From Ascoidea asiatica JCM 7603 (Eukaryota > Fungi > Ascomycota), in NCBI GenBank assembly GCA_001600695.1, contig BCKQ01000015.1:347485-386167 (forward strand): a DNA stretch of 38,683 bases, written 5' to 3'. A program made the translations under genes and the position numbers. Below are positions 12,480-25,829 of the stretch, piece by piece. Below the pieces are notes generated by a model. The model had not been told where the DNA came from, searched no databases, and was given only the letters and a program-made list of their open reading frames with translations. Position 1 is the stretch's first letter. Every line of letters starts with the position of its first letter.

Positions 12480-15400
12480 ATTAGCGCTGGTTGTTTAAGT
12501 TATTTTAGTTTATATTTAAATGTATGAAACCATTTCTACGGCAGCAGAATTTAAGGTCATTTATAATTTTTGGCTAATTACGTATAGCAAAAAATTTGAT
12601 CTAGAAATAGTACTAACACTCCAATCCTATATTCAGGAGTTGTTGAGTATCTCCTGAAATTTTCTCTTTTGTATGAGTTCTGCACTTACTATAAACATCA
12701 TATCGCGTGGTATAGTGCACCATTAACTGGCTTTTATTAATTTAACTAGGTATTCATTACTGCAAAAACGTGAGTTAATCGCAAGCACCGCTTCTAAAAT
12801 GGGGCATCTAAATTAGACTTCTTCATGAACGCAAATGAATGTTGTGAAACTGGGTGGCTCGCCAGAGCAGTAGGATGTGTACATATATTTGTATGAGGCT
12901 ACAGCTCTAAGTAACTACAGCTTTTTGTAGGTATTTCTGCGTGTATTTCGTTTAACATTAATAATATTAAAATAATATACATAGAAGTCAGAAGGCGTTT
13001 CTCGTTGGATAAGATTTTGGAATATTCAATACGTTGGTGACCTTCACAACAGCAAAAACTTTAAGTATGTCATCAAGGCTTGCCACATGATATGTTTAGG
13101 TAGTGCTAATTCTACAAACAAGGGTTATTGGTTTTTATAGCAATTGATCATGAATGTCATAGTTTCCAATTAAACAAAAGTTTTGTGATTTATATCCGAA
13201 GCAAGTATATATGAAACAAAAACAGATTAGTTGTTTTGCTAAAATAAGTAGCCCTCCCCGACACTCATTAACATATTGGTAAGCGTAGCAGGGTTCTTTA
13301 CTATGGATCGATAACCTTTTTAGGTGAAATCTGATACTTGACACAATTACTAAATATAGGTCAAGCCCTAAAATCACATTTCGTGAATTTGGGATCGGTA
13401 CGGTTTGGTTCTATTTGTACCAACTTTAGGTCCAGACCGCATTTTCCAATAAGGAACTTGTTGGTCATTCAAAGATTGGAGTTACATGCTCTTATCGATT
13501 ATTTTGGAGGTTTCCAAAATTTTTTGTTTGTGCTCTTCAACCTGTCAAAGCGAATTGATAAATTATCGCAGGATAAGCCATTATAAAAGAGATCACCCCC
13601 TACATGTAGTGGTAAAGGTAGTACCGCGTTCGGCCTTGATGTTGACCCATCTGTGACAATATTTAATATATTGGAGCCTTCCTTTGGATAAAACCCGGAA
13701 GATTACGGTATGCAAATTCAACGGAAAGGATGGTAACAACTGTCACGACAATTTTTGTCCTGATTTTTGAAACTTGATTCCCTGGCACAGTTCGTTCAAG
13801 TCTGATGGCGATAATTTGAAAATAGGAAATATCAATAAAAATAAAGCCAGTTGTAGTTGTTCTTGAGGTTCCATCCAGAAATTTTTGACCCTTGAATTTT
13901 CTAGGGTATACCTAACATCATAGGTGCGTGTCTTCCGAAACAGCTTTAAGATATTGCAAGAGAATCATTGGAGATGAGGGTTCATGCCAAAGACAATGAT
14001 GTACAATCCGTCAGTATAGCCAATCAGTTTGGGATACAATGTTGTAAGAAGAAATGTAACGACTCTAAATTAAAAAATTGTGCTAAGCTAAGCTTGTGAG
14101 CGTTTTGTTAATTAATGACTGTGGAACAAATACATTTGTGATGTGAACGAAGGGGTGATTGATAGATAAATAATTTTGTTTTTCTTGTATGAAAACTAAA
14201 CATTGTATGCTTGATTCTGCAACTGTGGTAGCCCACTTACAATCTCAGCGGGTGCACTCAAATCACCCCAGACATGAAGGGAAATTAATTGTTCCTTAAT
14301 TTTTTGAATCAGATTTATTACGTCAAGAACATTTCTACATGTTTGAAGATTTGTAATTAGATTAGAAGATGCATATGCATAACCAAAATATGGATTAAAG
14401 GGAGACTCTATAAAAGGGGAATGTTTTATTATGTTTTTTATTAATTAAAACTGTTAACATTAATATTGGAGCTGAAGTTAGATATCCAAGACTTTGAATG
14501 TTTACCCTCTGTTTATTCATATGATAAATAACGTTGAACTGAATTAGATATCAACCATTTTTTTATGTGGACACATATCAAGCTAACCAAAGTAGTCTCC
14601 ACATTAATCAAAATTCTCAGGAACCGAGTTCTCAAAAACGCTGCAAGGTTTAGGTGGTCGTCTTTCTTGTGTTTCAAATAATTTCAATTTGTCTTTAATA
14701 TTTTGTTAAATTCTACGTGGGTGTGAGCGTCTAGTCATACGGCGGTCAAATAAATATTTGATATAAACTATCGCCGGGTAGAAAGCTGTGTTTATCAAAC
14801 TTGCGGTAAATAAGCTTGACATGTACGGCACTTCGAGCTCTGGACACGGTACAAGCAAATTAAGTGCGATTGTGAGGTTCCTCTGGGTTTATACTAGTAG
14901 CCAATATTTTATACAGTTAATATTCCGAAACCCATTTATTCTTCATTAATGAACGAAAAAACGTTGAAATGTTAATTTAGTGAGTATTTCAGAGTACATA
15001 ACGATAAACTAGATGGACAGTAATTTGTTACCATTCAAAATATTGATAAATCGATTTATAGTTCCTTCAGGAAATACATCAGGATCGGGAGCTTCATTAT
15101 TCTCTACCCTTTCAATCGGAGGGTCTGTGTTTAGGCTCTAAAACGCATAATCAACTTTTTTCAAAGATATAATATTTGGAAAAAAAAACGGTATGTCTTT
15201 GAACACGCAACCATTGTTTAAATAGTCATTATTTTTGCCCAAATAATTGGTTCTCGTTTGAGCCAACATAGTTAACGAAACAGGTGTCAGGAATTCTAGT
15301 TAATACCAAGTGAGGTGATATAGTTACGTGGTAGAGGCCTGGAGCGATCAAGTTGGCCGACAGCCTAGTATTACAAGCCCTGGTGATAAGGCCTTGTACC

Positions 15401-18200
15401 AATGATGACTACAGGACAACTGAATGCCTCGTGGCATACTGTGACCGAGATAGTATTCTGTTAAGGCCAAGCAATGGGTCTAACTGGTCAGGCTCTACTG
15501 GTTTACCCTTTCTTATTTTGATGAAGTATTTACAACCTAGCCCTGAGGCTTCATAGTTAATATGCATTTTCTACATACATGTTACGAGGTGTACCATGGA
15601 GATACCTGAAGTACTCTGCAGGTACAATATTCAAAGACATTGGTGAGATCCAGTGGCATGCTGCGGATGAGATAAGTGATTACCTAATCAGGACGACCGC
15701 AGCTTCATTGCGGTAGACTTTAGTGATTCATATATACGCCCAGCCGAGAGGGCTGGTTCATGTTCAAATTAGTAATTGTACGAAGCAATTATTAGGTCTT
15801 ATTTTTTTTGAGGGGCTAGTATGCGGTTGTAGAAGACGTGATGTTTTGGGTTGCATAACTCTTCTTGGCGAGCAAGGGGATTTCCTACGCATGATGAAAG
15901 GTAATTGATTACTGATCAACTACCAGAAGTTAATTGGCTACTCGGACAGCCGAATTTACCAACTGATAGAAAAGTCCTTGTAGGTTCTATCAAAGAGAAA
16001 TTCTACTTGTACCTTCTATCACATTGTATGTGGCCAATACTAACTTGTAGTTTGAGATTACGAGACGTAATTTCAACCCCAAATATTACAGGTAGAAAGT
16101 GATATCCTCCTTGATTCGGGCCGCCCCAATAGCAACCATTTTGCTATACGCATGTAAAACAGCTAGCAAGATTTATAAGATATACTTCTTGCTGATTAAG
16201 GTCGAAATTCATATAATAACATTCATTCCCCAATATTTTTATATTAATTTTGATATATAGATTATGGAATTAAATGCATAGGAATACGAATAATAAGAAT
16301 AATGTTCAACAATAAGTGACCTCAATCTTTTGTTGAGTAAAATTAATTATATTTCACCGATGATTCTTGTTGGAAACAGCGGCCAAGTCTCAAAAAAATT
16401 TTTTTGAAATTAGTGGTCAAGACTTTTAAAAAAATTTGATTTTATTAATTTCTTCTGTTTCAATAGCAGAAGATAAATGACGGATCGCTTCCTAGATGAA
16501 CTAGAATAAAATTAAGGTATCAAGCATTAACTCTGGAACAACAAAAAATAGGACTTGGGGTAAAAGAATTTAGTTGTTGAACGTTTATTCGTTTAAATAG
16601 AGTAGTTGCTACTAAAGTTTAGTTTTTAACTATTCCTGTGAATTGCCACCTATCTGTCTATGTGATTTCTTGGATACATTCCATATGCTTCCGAATATCG
16701 TTTAGGCTGCGGCAGTTTCGATCCCATTGATTTTGGCTGGTTGTGTTTAATACAATTACGTTACTGAGGAGATTTTCTTTCATTTCTCTTCTTGATTTTG
16801 AACTAGATTTTTTTTAAAGCTTAATTTATTTTATTCATATAACTTTCATGTCATCAATGCTTATTTATGGTCTTTTCATATCCAGCAGTTAGGTGTGTTA
16901 GTCAAATTTGGAATTTCTATGTCCCAATATGTTAAGTGTGCTGGGCAATTAATGCCATTTAATCTTCAGTTGCCAATTTGGATGTCGCTGATACCAGTTT
17001 ATGGTAGCTGTATTTGTGGGTTATTTGAAGGCGTCGTTGGCGCTTTGATTGCAATTAAATCCAATATTTGCGTTTCCTGACTAATGTTCCATTATACCGA
17101 GGATAAATAGGTAATATTTTAATAATGCCGAATTTTTTTTGACAATGGAAGTTTTTATTGGTGATCTATATTCCTAAACGGCGGATTATCTTAAAGAATA
17201 TTATGTAAAACTTTAAGACGCATTAATTTCACTCACGATATAAATTGCAAAAAATGATTGGTACGGACATGGACTAAATCACCTTTTATGGCTGATGAGT
17301 TGCCTTTTCTTGCTGCAGTGTCAGGACTTGGTAGGAATAAAATAATGTTCTATCTCAGTGAACTATAACATGATTGTTTACAGTGAACCTCTCATATTGT
17401 TACTTAGTAATCTATAAGAGATTTGCCGCCTCGCAGCTTAAACAACGAATGAACACTTATAAACCTTAACCAATTTTTTTAAACCGTGGAAAATTGAATT
17501 ATCTGCAAATTTGAATCAGTTAAATCCATTAATTTTACATAAAAGGAAACAAATGTAAATTTCAGACACCTCTTTAAGTTTAGTACAGCTTTTATTTCTT
17601 AAATTGTGCAAATTTTGAAAAACAGAAGGGGGAATTTTAATTGTAGTATCGCTTGTTGGGATATTTGATAGGAAAAACAAACTAATTTATTTTCTACTAC
17701 TAGGGAATTCACTAATTTCCTGTTTTGTAGTTCAGTAACTAAAATTGCGCTTATATATTTGATAGTAATTGAATAAGAATATGTGAGAGCTATTATTGCT
17801 CGCCGAAACGCATTATCAGCAGACAATTCAGCTATATGCTCCCTGATACTGAAGAATACTGTTGCTGATAAAACTAATACAAATCCCCCCAGTGCATCTT
17901 CCCTTAAGTAAATAACCTTTACATCTTTATTATCAATAGAACCAATACTGCAGGTAATCTGACCGCACCTATGATTAAACCTTGAACTCAGGGGTTACCA
18001 AACCCTAATAATGCTACTCGTTATGCCCACAGAACAGATAGCAAACCCCAAATAAACTTGACCCTGGAATTCAATGAATGGGTTAAAATAAATAAACTTA
18101 ACTGTCTGCAATAATTGTTCAGTAAAGACTGATTAGAAAATTTACAGGTTACCTATGTATCAAGGTAATTATCTCAATAAAGAATGTGTGCCACATGATA
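12480..18200 (-). mobile_element. Degenerate L1-clade (Zorro-like) non-LTR retrotransposon
   Basis: Minus-strand motifs in L1 order: degenerate zinc-knuckle-like region (~16650-16760), endonuclease-like start KYWGMNV (~16230), RRP-LNL (cf. WRPISL), RNVLDVI, QNQAYN (cf. D.EKAYD), IGYTDGL (YADD box, ~14010), MLGIP, LPLHVGG and C-terminal YC...FRCP (~12800). The 5' boundary is uncertain. Confidence 0.68.
14340..14557. mobile_element. Probable solo LTR inserted in the LINE RT
   Basis: TGTTTGA...TCAACCA imperfect inverted termini and an internal TATAAAAGGGG. It splits adjacent RT motifs. No TSD seen. Confidence 0.45.
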
Positions 18201-18989
18201 ATTCAGAAGAACAAAATCTTAATCAATAAGCCGATTCTCTAGTCAGTTCTGTAACATGAGGTTTAAAAGAGTTTCAAAAGCCTAATCATCTAAAGACTTC
18301 AGAACGCATCCCCTCTCAGGGAAGTCGTTTTTTGAAAATTTAACTGATTAAGTTCCTCATGTATATGTATAAGAAACATCGGATGTTTCTAATCAATTCT
18401 AGTAATACTACCTGTCGTTATTAACTTCAGTAACTGGTTAATTTATTATAATGTACTATCTCTAAATATATATACGAGAAATCTACTTTGCTTCCCTAAA
18501 GAGCGATCCCCTTCTCCATATATTAGTGAAAATAAGGAAGAAGAAAATTTTTTGTCTAGGAGCAACAGACACTTATGTTGATTCCTGATACGACTTTAGA
18601 GGTGCAGCTTATCGAATAGGTTACGACACCCTCAGATAAGCTTTTAAGGTCAAATAAAATCCCCATACTAAATCCGAAATGGCAAGCTAAAATCGATCAA
18701 ATGGGTTTGAGTTAAGTGAAGCTCGTATCTAGCATTTATGCTATTATGTTAGACATTCAGAGTAATTCACCTATAAAATAGCCGCAATAAAATTCATCTC
18801 AGTGCATTTAATCAGACAAAACCACACACACAACAAATAGTTATAACTAAAACAATCAATAAAATTTAATTGTGTTGTTTTTTTTTTTTTTTTTTAGTGA
18901 CTTTCAGTATAATGACCATAATAATATTAATGATAGTAATAACAATATTATCATCATCTTGGTTAAGCACAAGTAATCACAATGATAGT

Positions 18990-19290
18990 TCATAAGTAAT
19001 TACGAGGATAAAAATACTTATAAATGAAGCACAATTCAGCTCAATATTACTATTCATAAATCAAATTCAAATTGAACAAACTTTAACAAAAAACAAACAT
19101 TTAAATAAATAGTTCCATGTTCAATAACCTTATAGTATCAAAGATCAAATGCTTATCATAAATGGTACTAAAAATCTTTCAACATACTATTCTGAATTTC
19201 AGGAGACAATAACTTTAGATATTCCATCTCAAGCTTGGGATATTAGATAAATTTTAACACCGAATACGATTACCAAAGTTTCAGACAAAT
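18990..19290 (+). pseudogene. Possible KH-domain RNA-binding gene fragment
   Basis: Reads ITRIKILINEAQFSSIL...DQMLIINGT...ETITLDIPSQ, weakly KH-like. The GxxG loop is absent. Confidence 0.22.
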
Positions 19291-19498
19291 AATGAGTGCA
19301 CAAAATCAATTTTTATAGTTTATAATGGTATTCTTTACTTATTAAGGATATGGTGCGGCACCCATATCACCGTAATGGCACACTAAAAATAACATACCCT
19401 TTTCTTGCTGACACTTAAATAGACAGACGTAACTAATAAGCATTTATAAAGAGTTTTAGTATGTTACCATGACTTTAAGGTTTTCTTTGCCTCAACTA

Positions 19499-21416
19499 GG
19501 GTAATTTTGCACAATTTTTTTTTCTAAGATGACACCTGACGTACAGTGACTTACGACTATTCTTAAAACGCCTCTTATTTTTTGAGAAATTTAAAAGAAA
19601 CATTAAAAAAATCAAGTTGATTAATGTTCAAATCGAGTCAATACAAGCGGAATTTAAAGATGCATTGACGCGTCAACTGAAATGATCTATAGCAAAAATC
19701 TTTGCCACGAAAAACAGCATTAGTAAATATTAGAATCTTACAATAGTTAGAAAACAAACAGTTCATCTAAACAAATCTCAACAAGAGATTTATCAAATAC
19801 CAACAAAGAGTTCAATTCATTTGAGTTTAAAAATTCACAATTCAACGGAAACTTTAAAACTAAGAAATATTAAAAAATTCTAGTCAAGATTCCAGTTCCG
19901 GATTTTCAAAAAAGCTGGTATGACTTTCAATTAAAACTTTTCTATAGTAGATGAACACATTCTTTATAATATTCAAAAATGATAAATTTTTCTTAAGAAC
20001 AAGCAATGCCAAATGGAAGCATTATACAAGCACAACAAAAACGGAAAGTTGGTAGTGTTCAACATCTCATATACATGAAAAAAAGAATTCACACAGCGGA
20101 AAACGCTTCAGGAAATGATTTACATTGGTTGATTTCTTGGATGGGGAAGCATTAAAAGATTTTGGGTTTTCAAGGCAAGAAATAATACTTCTACTAATAA
20201 AATTTAAAATCGGAATGTCTGTAAGGAGACAAATTCGGGATAAGTTTTTGTTGAGGACAATCTGTAAGCAACAGTCGCGGGACTTCGCGTTACAAGTGGC
20301 AGACAGTTAGAGCTCCTATTAAAAGATAGGTGGACCTATAACCTAGAGTTATTATATCACTGGCGTCGCCTATGCTTCTTAAATTCAGGTATACCGAGAT
20401 CTAAAATATAGTGATTTTTTTCTGTTTCCCTGATTCAAGGGGTCACACCTGAAATTTGCCCTGTTAATTTTTTTAAAATTTAGGACGTCATTTATGTCGA
20501 AGTCTAACTTACAGACCGTTAGAGCTCCAGTTAGAAAAAAATTGGGCAAAGTTTCCCTATTAAACCTCAACATCGATATGCTGTTACTCCCATTGACGCT
20601 TTTTGTAGTTACATTGGACGTATTAAAGTTGGTGATAGGTACTACGATATGATCCTAATTTTTAATCGATCACCAGCTGCTTTAGCTACTATGTTTAATT
20701 TTGTTGCCGCCCATATTTTTATAGCATTTAATTATTTTGAGAGAAATCTAAATATAGACTGTCTCCAAAACGGGTTGAGCACTTAGGTGAAGGTGCAAAG
20801 CAATAGAATATGCTATACCTAAAGGTTGCATTTCTTGTTGATGGATCAAGTTATCATTGCTGTGTTCCATCCAGAAAACGAGATTGCTGAATTGGGGTTA
20901 CAAAAAACATCCCGGGATCACATGCCAAGTAACTTGTGGCCTTCACGGTATTTTATGTCAAGTTGATGGGCCAGTAACTCCGAATCTTAATGATTTAGGT
21001 CAATTTTCTAGATGCTTATTATTTCAAGTAATTCAAAATTTAAAACTCCAAGGGCCACAGCTAACGATTTAACGAGAACAAGGATATGCTGCCTATGGTC
21101 ATATATTGATTGTACTATTCAGAGAAACTGAATGTCATGCTGATGCTTCTGGAAACAAATTTCGAATTAACGGGCAGTGTCTGGGTTTTCGCTAGCGAGC
21201 GAGAACATTTTGCTGTTAATTAATAACAGGAATACCTTGCTGCGACATTTCGATAAAAATATGGTTTACATATCTCCATTGGGCAGTATTCTTTTCAGTG
21301 TTTGTATACGCAATAATTTTAAAAAAAAGCTGATTACAGGAAAATCAAATTGGAATCAAACACAATGCCATCCACCAACAATTGATGAATATTGGCAATA
21401 TCAAAATTTTGAGTAA
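19499..21416 (+). mobile_element. PIF/Harbinger transposase pseudogene with left TIR-like end at 19499
   Basis: FGFSRQEI, DAFCSYIGRIK...RYYDMILIFNRSPAALATMFN, FLVDGS, GYKKHPGITCQV..GL.GILCQVDGP...ND and QGY (DDE_Tnp_4 pattern). The terminus reads CTA|GGGTAATTTTGCACAA. Confidence 0.85.
20249..20572. mobile_element. Solo LTR (324 bp) inserted in the Harbinger transposase
   Basis: Perfect 8-bp inverted termini TGTTGAGG...CCTCAACA. Transposase-like sequence resumes directly after it. Confidence 0.72.
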
Positions 21417-21479
21417 TTGATTAGTTTTGCCTTGAATTAGATTAGATTAAATATTTCTAAGTAGGAATATCGCTTATTA

Positions 21480-22290
21480 AGAATTAAATTAGCTTCTTTA
21501 CACATTATTTCATCTTTATGTTAATATCACTATTTCCTAATTGTATATTTTCGATTTGTTCAAGATGCAATATAATCACTGCCTTTGCATTACTGTACAT
21601 CCATAAACAATACTCTGAAAATAAACTTTTACATTCATAGAATTACCGAAATAAACTCGTGCCCCTTCATATAATAGGATAAATTTTTCAAATAACTCAG
21701 AAACCTCTTGAGAATATTCATAAATTGCAATAAATAAAAGTGTATGTAACCTATCAGCAGAATTTTTTAAACCATTTATTAAATCTAAAGCATTTCGATC
21801 ATATAAACATCTCTCTGCATTATCCAATAATTGAAAACCTACGCCACACAAAGAAACACCGAGTGAACGAACTCTTTTTTTCAGCACCAAAACCAGCTCT
21901 AAAAAAAGCATTACCAACTTTCAAAATTTACCAGCTTGAATATTTAATTTATGACTTATATAAAGCATTTTTGAAAAGGTTCGGTCTATTGTGTTATTAT
22001 TTTTTTCAAGGATCTTCAGTTTATCTTCATGTGTTATTTCAACTTCGTTTGCTTTACCAATTCAAAAGTTTAAAAAGACTTTCTTTCCAGGTTGCAATCC
22101 ATCTTTATGAAATACATCGATTTCTCTTGAGGTGTTTTTTTACTAGTTTGTTATTATTATTTTCAAAAATTTTCAAATTGTCTTCGCTATACGTTGATTT
22201 TTCAGTTGTTGATGCAGTTCATTTACTCTGACTCATTGATGATTTATTGTTATTGGTTTGATTATTATTGCGGCTATTACCTTTTTATGT
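21480..22290 (-). pseudogene. Myb/SANT-like partner gene of the Harbinger element (convergent with transposase)
   Basis: RWIATWKESLFKLL...KYSSW*ILK....RAGFGAEKK...FVW, resembling the Myb_DNA-bind_3 SGFGWD motif. The convergent two-gene layout is typical of Harbinger. Confidence 0.58.
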
Positions 22291-22329
22291 CCACTGGGTT
22301 TATTTGTAGCATGAGAATTAGTATAGTGG

Positions 22330-24488
22330 GATTCAATGGTATTTGAATTATTTTTATTTACTTATTTATGATCAATATTATAATTATGATTATCATTAGG
22401 ACAGTTTCGAATAGTATAGCTTAGTATATTATCATATTGAGTATAATTTTCAACATCATATTCAGTTTAAAAATTTTTAAGATATTTTAAAGTTTGATAT
22501 TCGAGAAATTGATTTGTACTATAAGTTGCTAATTCACTATTAGCAATTCTATCACAAGCAAAATTATCATCAAAAACTTCTTTATTAGTAACTGTGCAAA
22601 CGGTAGCAACATCATATCTATTCCAAAGACCATCCTTTTTAGGTTTTATCCTACCATAATAATGAGCGAAATAAATATGAAGTTAATGAATTAAAACACC
22701 ATAAAGATCAAAATTGCGGTAATCTTTTAACATTTCTTTATTAGCTTCGTCGAAATATGACGAAAAATAATAGTATATGGAAATTTATTACAATCATTAA
22801 TTATATTTAATTGATCATAATTAAAATCTTTCTCAACTGTTTTTAATTATGAATGTAAAATGGTTGGAAAACTTTTATATACAACACCTTGTTTTGCATC
22901 TTGCTGCCCAACTTCTCCAGAATCATATTGATATTTTGTGTCAAGTAATTCAACTTCAATATAATTTTTAATTGAATTTTTTAATCCTTTTATTGGGTTA
23001 AGAATTAATTCAATATCGCAAAAATCTTCAATTCTTGAAGATTCATAATTAACATTATTACATTTAACATACCTTTTCACTTTACCGACAAACTTATTTC
23101 ATGAAAGAACTTCAACATTAGTTCCTTTCATGATATGTTCTATCCATTAAAATTTTATTTAATTCTTGTACATCATGTTTTGTGATTGCCTCGCAAGTAT
23201 CGGAACTAAAAGATATTGGTAAATCAGAAGTATCAACAGAGCCTTCCAAAACTGGTAATTGATAAAATAATCTTTGTCAAGCAATTGTAACAGCATTATG
23301 ATCAGTTGAACCAAGTTTATAAATAATTTTTGTAAAATATTTCCTGTAAAAATAAGTTGGTAATAAAGAGTTTCAATAAAAGGTGGCAGCTTCATTTCTT
23401 AAACCACGGTAACCAGTATTGTTTTCGGAGTTATGATTTAAAAAAGTATGCCGTAAAACACCAGTTGAATCTTCAATCACATTTATAAATACCCTTATGC
23501 TTAAAATATTATCTGAACACAAATAACCTTGATTAAAATTTTGAACTTTTGATACACTTCTTAAATGAATAAAATTTGAAAAACCCCAATCAGTTTCATC
23601 TTTAGAAAATCTGTGATCAGATTGGTTAAAAAATTTAATAGTTGAATTACTTGGATTCCCAATAAGTAAACCTAATTGAGCACATATATACCGATTATTA
23701 TTATTTGGTTTATCAAAATTTTTATTATTTAAATCTTTTTTTACTTCAGGTGATAGTTGTAAATACATTCCAAAACAATTATTATTATTAGCATTTCGAA
23801 AAAATACGATATTCCAAGTAAAATTACCAACAATATAACTTGGAGACGCAATTCTTTAATCTTTAATAGTTGTGAAGTTTTTAAGTTCCCAACTAAAGTA
23901 TTGTGAATCTTTAATTTTATAATTTCCGTTGGTTAATTTAACCAAAAAATAAATTCTGTTGCAGGTGTTATATTTTTAATTTCTAAAATTTCAGATTCTG
24001 ACTTAAGTTTATGATTATTATTATCTTTCATATCGGTATTAGTATTAATTTTATTATCATTACTTGCAATAGTAGTTGTAGTATTTGATGTGGCTATTGT
24101 GGAATAAATGCTATAAGATATAGAATTTAAAATAGTATTAATATTAGTAATAGTATTTGCATTTGGTTCTTGAAGATAAGAAGTTGAAGAAGAGGAATTA
24201 TAAGAGTCAGAAATTTGGTTATGGTTACTAATATCCATGATATTTGGATTATTTAAATTATTAGCATTTATATCAATATCCATATTTATATATTGGTAAA
24301 ATGAATTTGAATAAGGTCATCTTCATAACCATCATTCTCATCCCCATGATCATCAATATTTTCTTGGAAATTTATACGGGAATAATCATTAGTAATAATA
24401 TTGGTTTTGTTATCATTTGAAGGAAGGGAGTTATCAATAAAGTCAATATTATTTATAATTTTATTAATATTATAAATAATATTGCTAA
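22330..24488 (-). pseudogene. UBP15: UBP15/USP7-like deubiquitinase pseudogene, copy A (5' part: MATH + USP domain)
   Basis: MATH motif HRFSKDETDWGFSNF; Cys box GYRGLRNEAATFY (Cys lost); QYDSGEVGQQDAKQGVVYKSFPTILH; His box LYGVLIH*....HYYGRIKP. Truncated before the UBL tail. Confidence 0.93.
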
Positions 24489-24704
24489 TAGTATTTTGAT
24501 TTTTAGTAATAACAGTTTTATAATTTTAGTTACAGTTGTTTTTTTTTGTAGGTTTATTTGAAATGGATGACGATTTATTTTCTAAATTCTTAACATTGCA
24601 AAACTAATCTCCAATTAAATTATTAAGTTGATCATTATTATTATTATTAATCAATGTATTATTATAATTTGACTATTCAGGAATAGCATTTTTAAAATTT
24701 TATT

Positions 24705-25646
24705 AATCGGTGGCCATTTTCACATAAGTTAAATTATGTGCCCAAATTTCAATTGACGATCCTGGTTTTTAATCTGAAGGAACTTTTAATTCGGCAAAAA
24801 CTATTAAATAATCATAAACAATGAATTCACTAAAAGTAATTTGAACTTCTGCATTATATATATCTTCACCTCTCAAATTATTATTACTTGAAGTTTCTGA
24901 TAGACATACATAAAAAAGAGTTTTCATCAAGCCGGAAACCTTGAGTTTCAGGAAGAATTGACTTTGAAAAACTTGGAGAACATGCAGAAGAACTGCCTAA
25001 AACTGCAACAAGTTCTCCACATTTTATTATACCATCCATTGGTTTTAAAATATCACAACTTTTCTGCTTTTTCTTAGATTATTACTAGAAATTGAATTCG
25101 TCAACTTACTTGCTAATACTTTTTATAAAGTTCGCAAAAGATCCTAGAAAATCAGTATCAATTGAATTACATTAAACTCCTAAAATTTGATAATACAAAC
25201 CTCAAGTAAAATGGTGATAATAGTTTTGATCTGAAACATATAACTTCCTTAGATTTCGAATCCATAATTTTGAATCAAAATGATATGAACTTGGGTCTAA
25301 TCTAATAATATTAATATCACCTTTAAGCTGATTTCATGCACTTGGACCATTACATATCGTTGAATCTCTTCTTAAAGTTTTAAATAAATCAAAACCATTT
25401 TTTGATTAATTATTGTTATTAGCAGTATTATTTGAATATGCATTATTAATAAATTGATTCTCATTTATAGTACCGAGCGATACATCTTTGCCTAAAGTTG
25501 TTATATGCATATCAACCTCTTTATTAAATAGCTCACAATTATTAACAGAATTCAGATTATTTGCTACAGTATTATTTCACTTGAACATTTACATCATCGG
25601 AGGTGTAAGTTGCTTTTGATGCTTTTGCAGTTGTTACTTAATTCAT
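24705..25646 (-). pseudogene. 5' fragment of PDR5/CDR1-type ABC transporter
   Basis: LDPSSYHFDSKLWIRNL, MDGIIKCGELVAVLG (degenerate Walker A), FRGEDIYNAE and KMAT. The fragment stops within NBD1. Confidence 0.85.
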
Positions 25647-25829
25647 AATCATCGGTTATTTATATTTTTGCTCTGATTTCGTTTATTTTCACTTTTTCAT
25701 TGCCCGTCTCCACTTTATGTACTGCTCCCCTCAATTATTTAATCCCAATTGACAATATTAGTATAAATATCCATTTGCATAATATTAACCATTACGTATT
25801 TTAATTGTTTGAAAATTTTAAGCTTTTCA

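Noticed and set aside
19348-19386. Hairpin GATATGGTG-CGG-CACCCATATC as a Helitron 3' end or terminator
   Set aside because: Single imperfect hairpin, and the downstream CTAA is not followed by T.
21740-22231. 163-aa plus-strand ORF (likewise 31322-31750 minus, 8725-9027 minus, 35405-35698 plus)
   Set aside because: Antisense or off-frame shadows of recognised pseudogenes.
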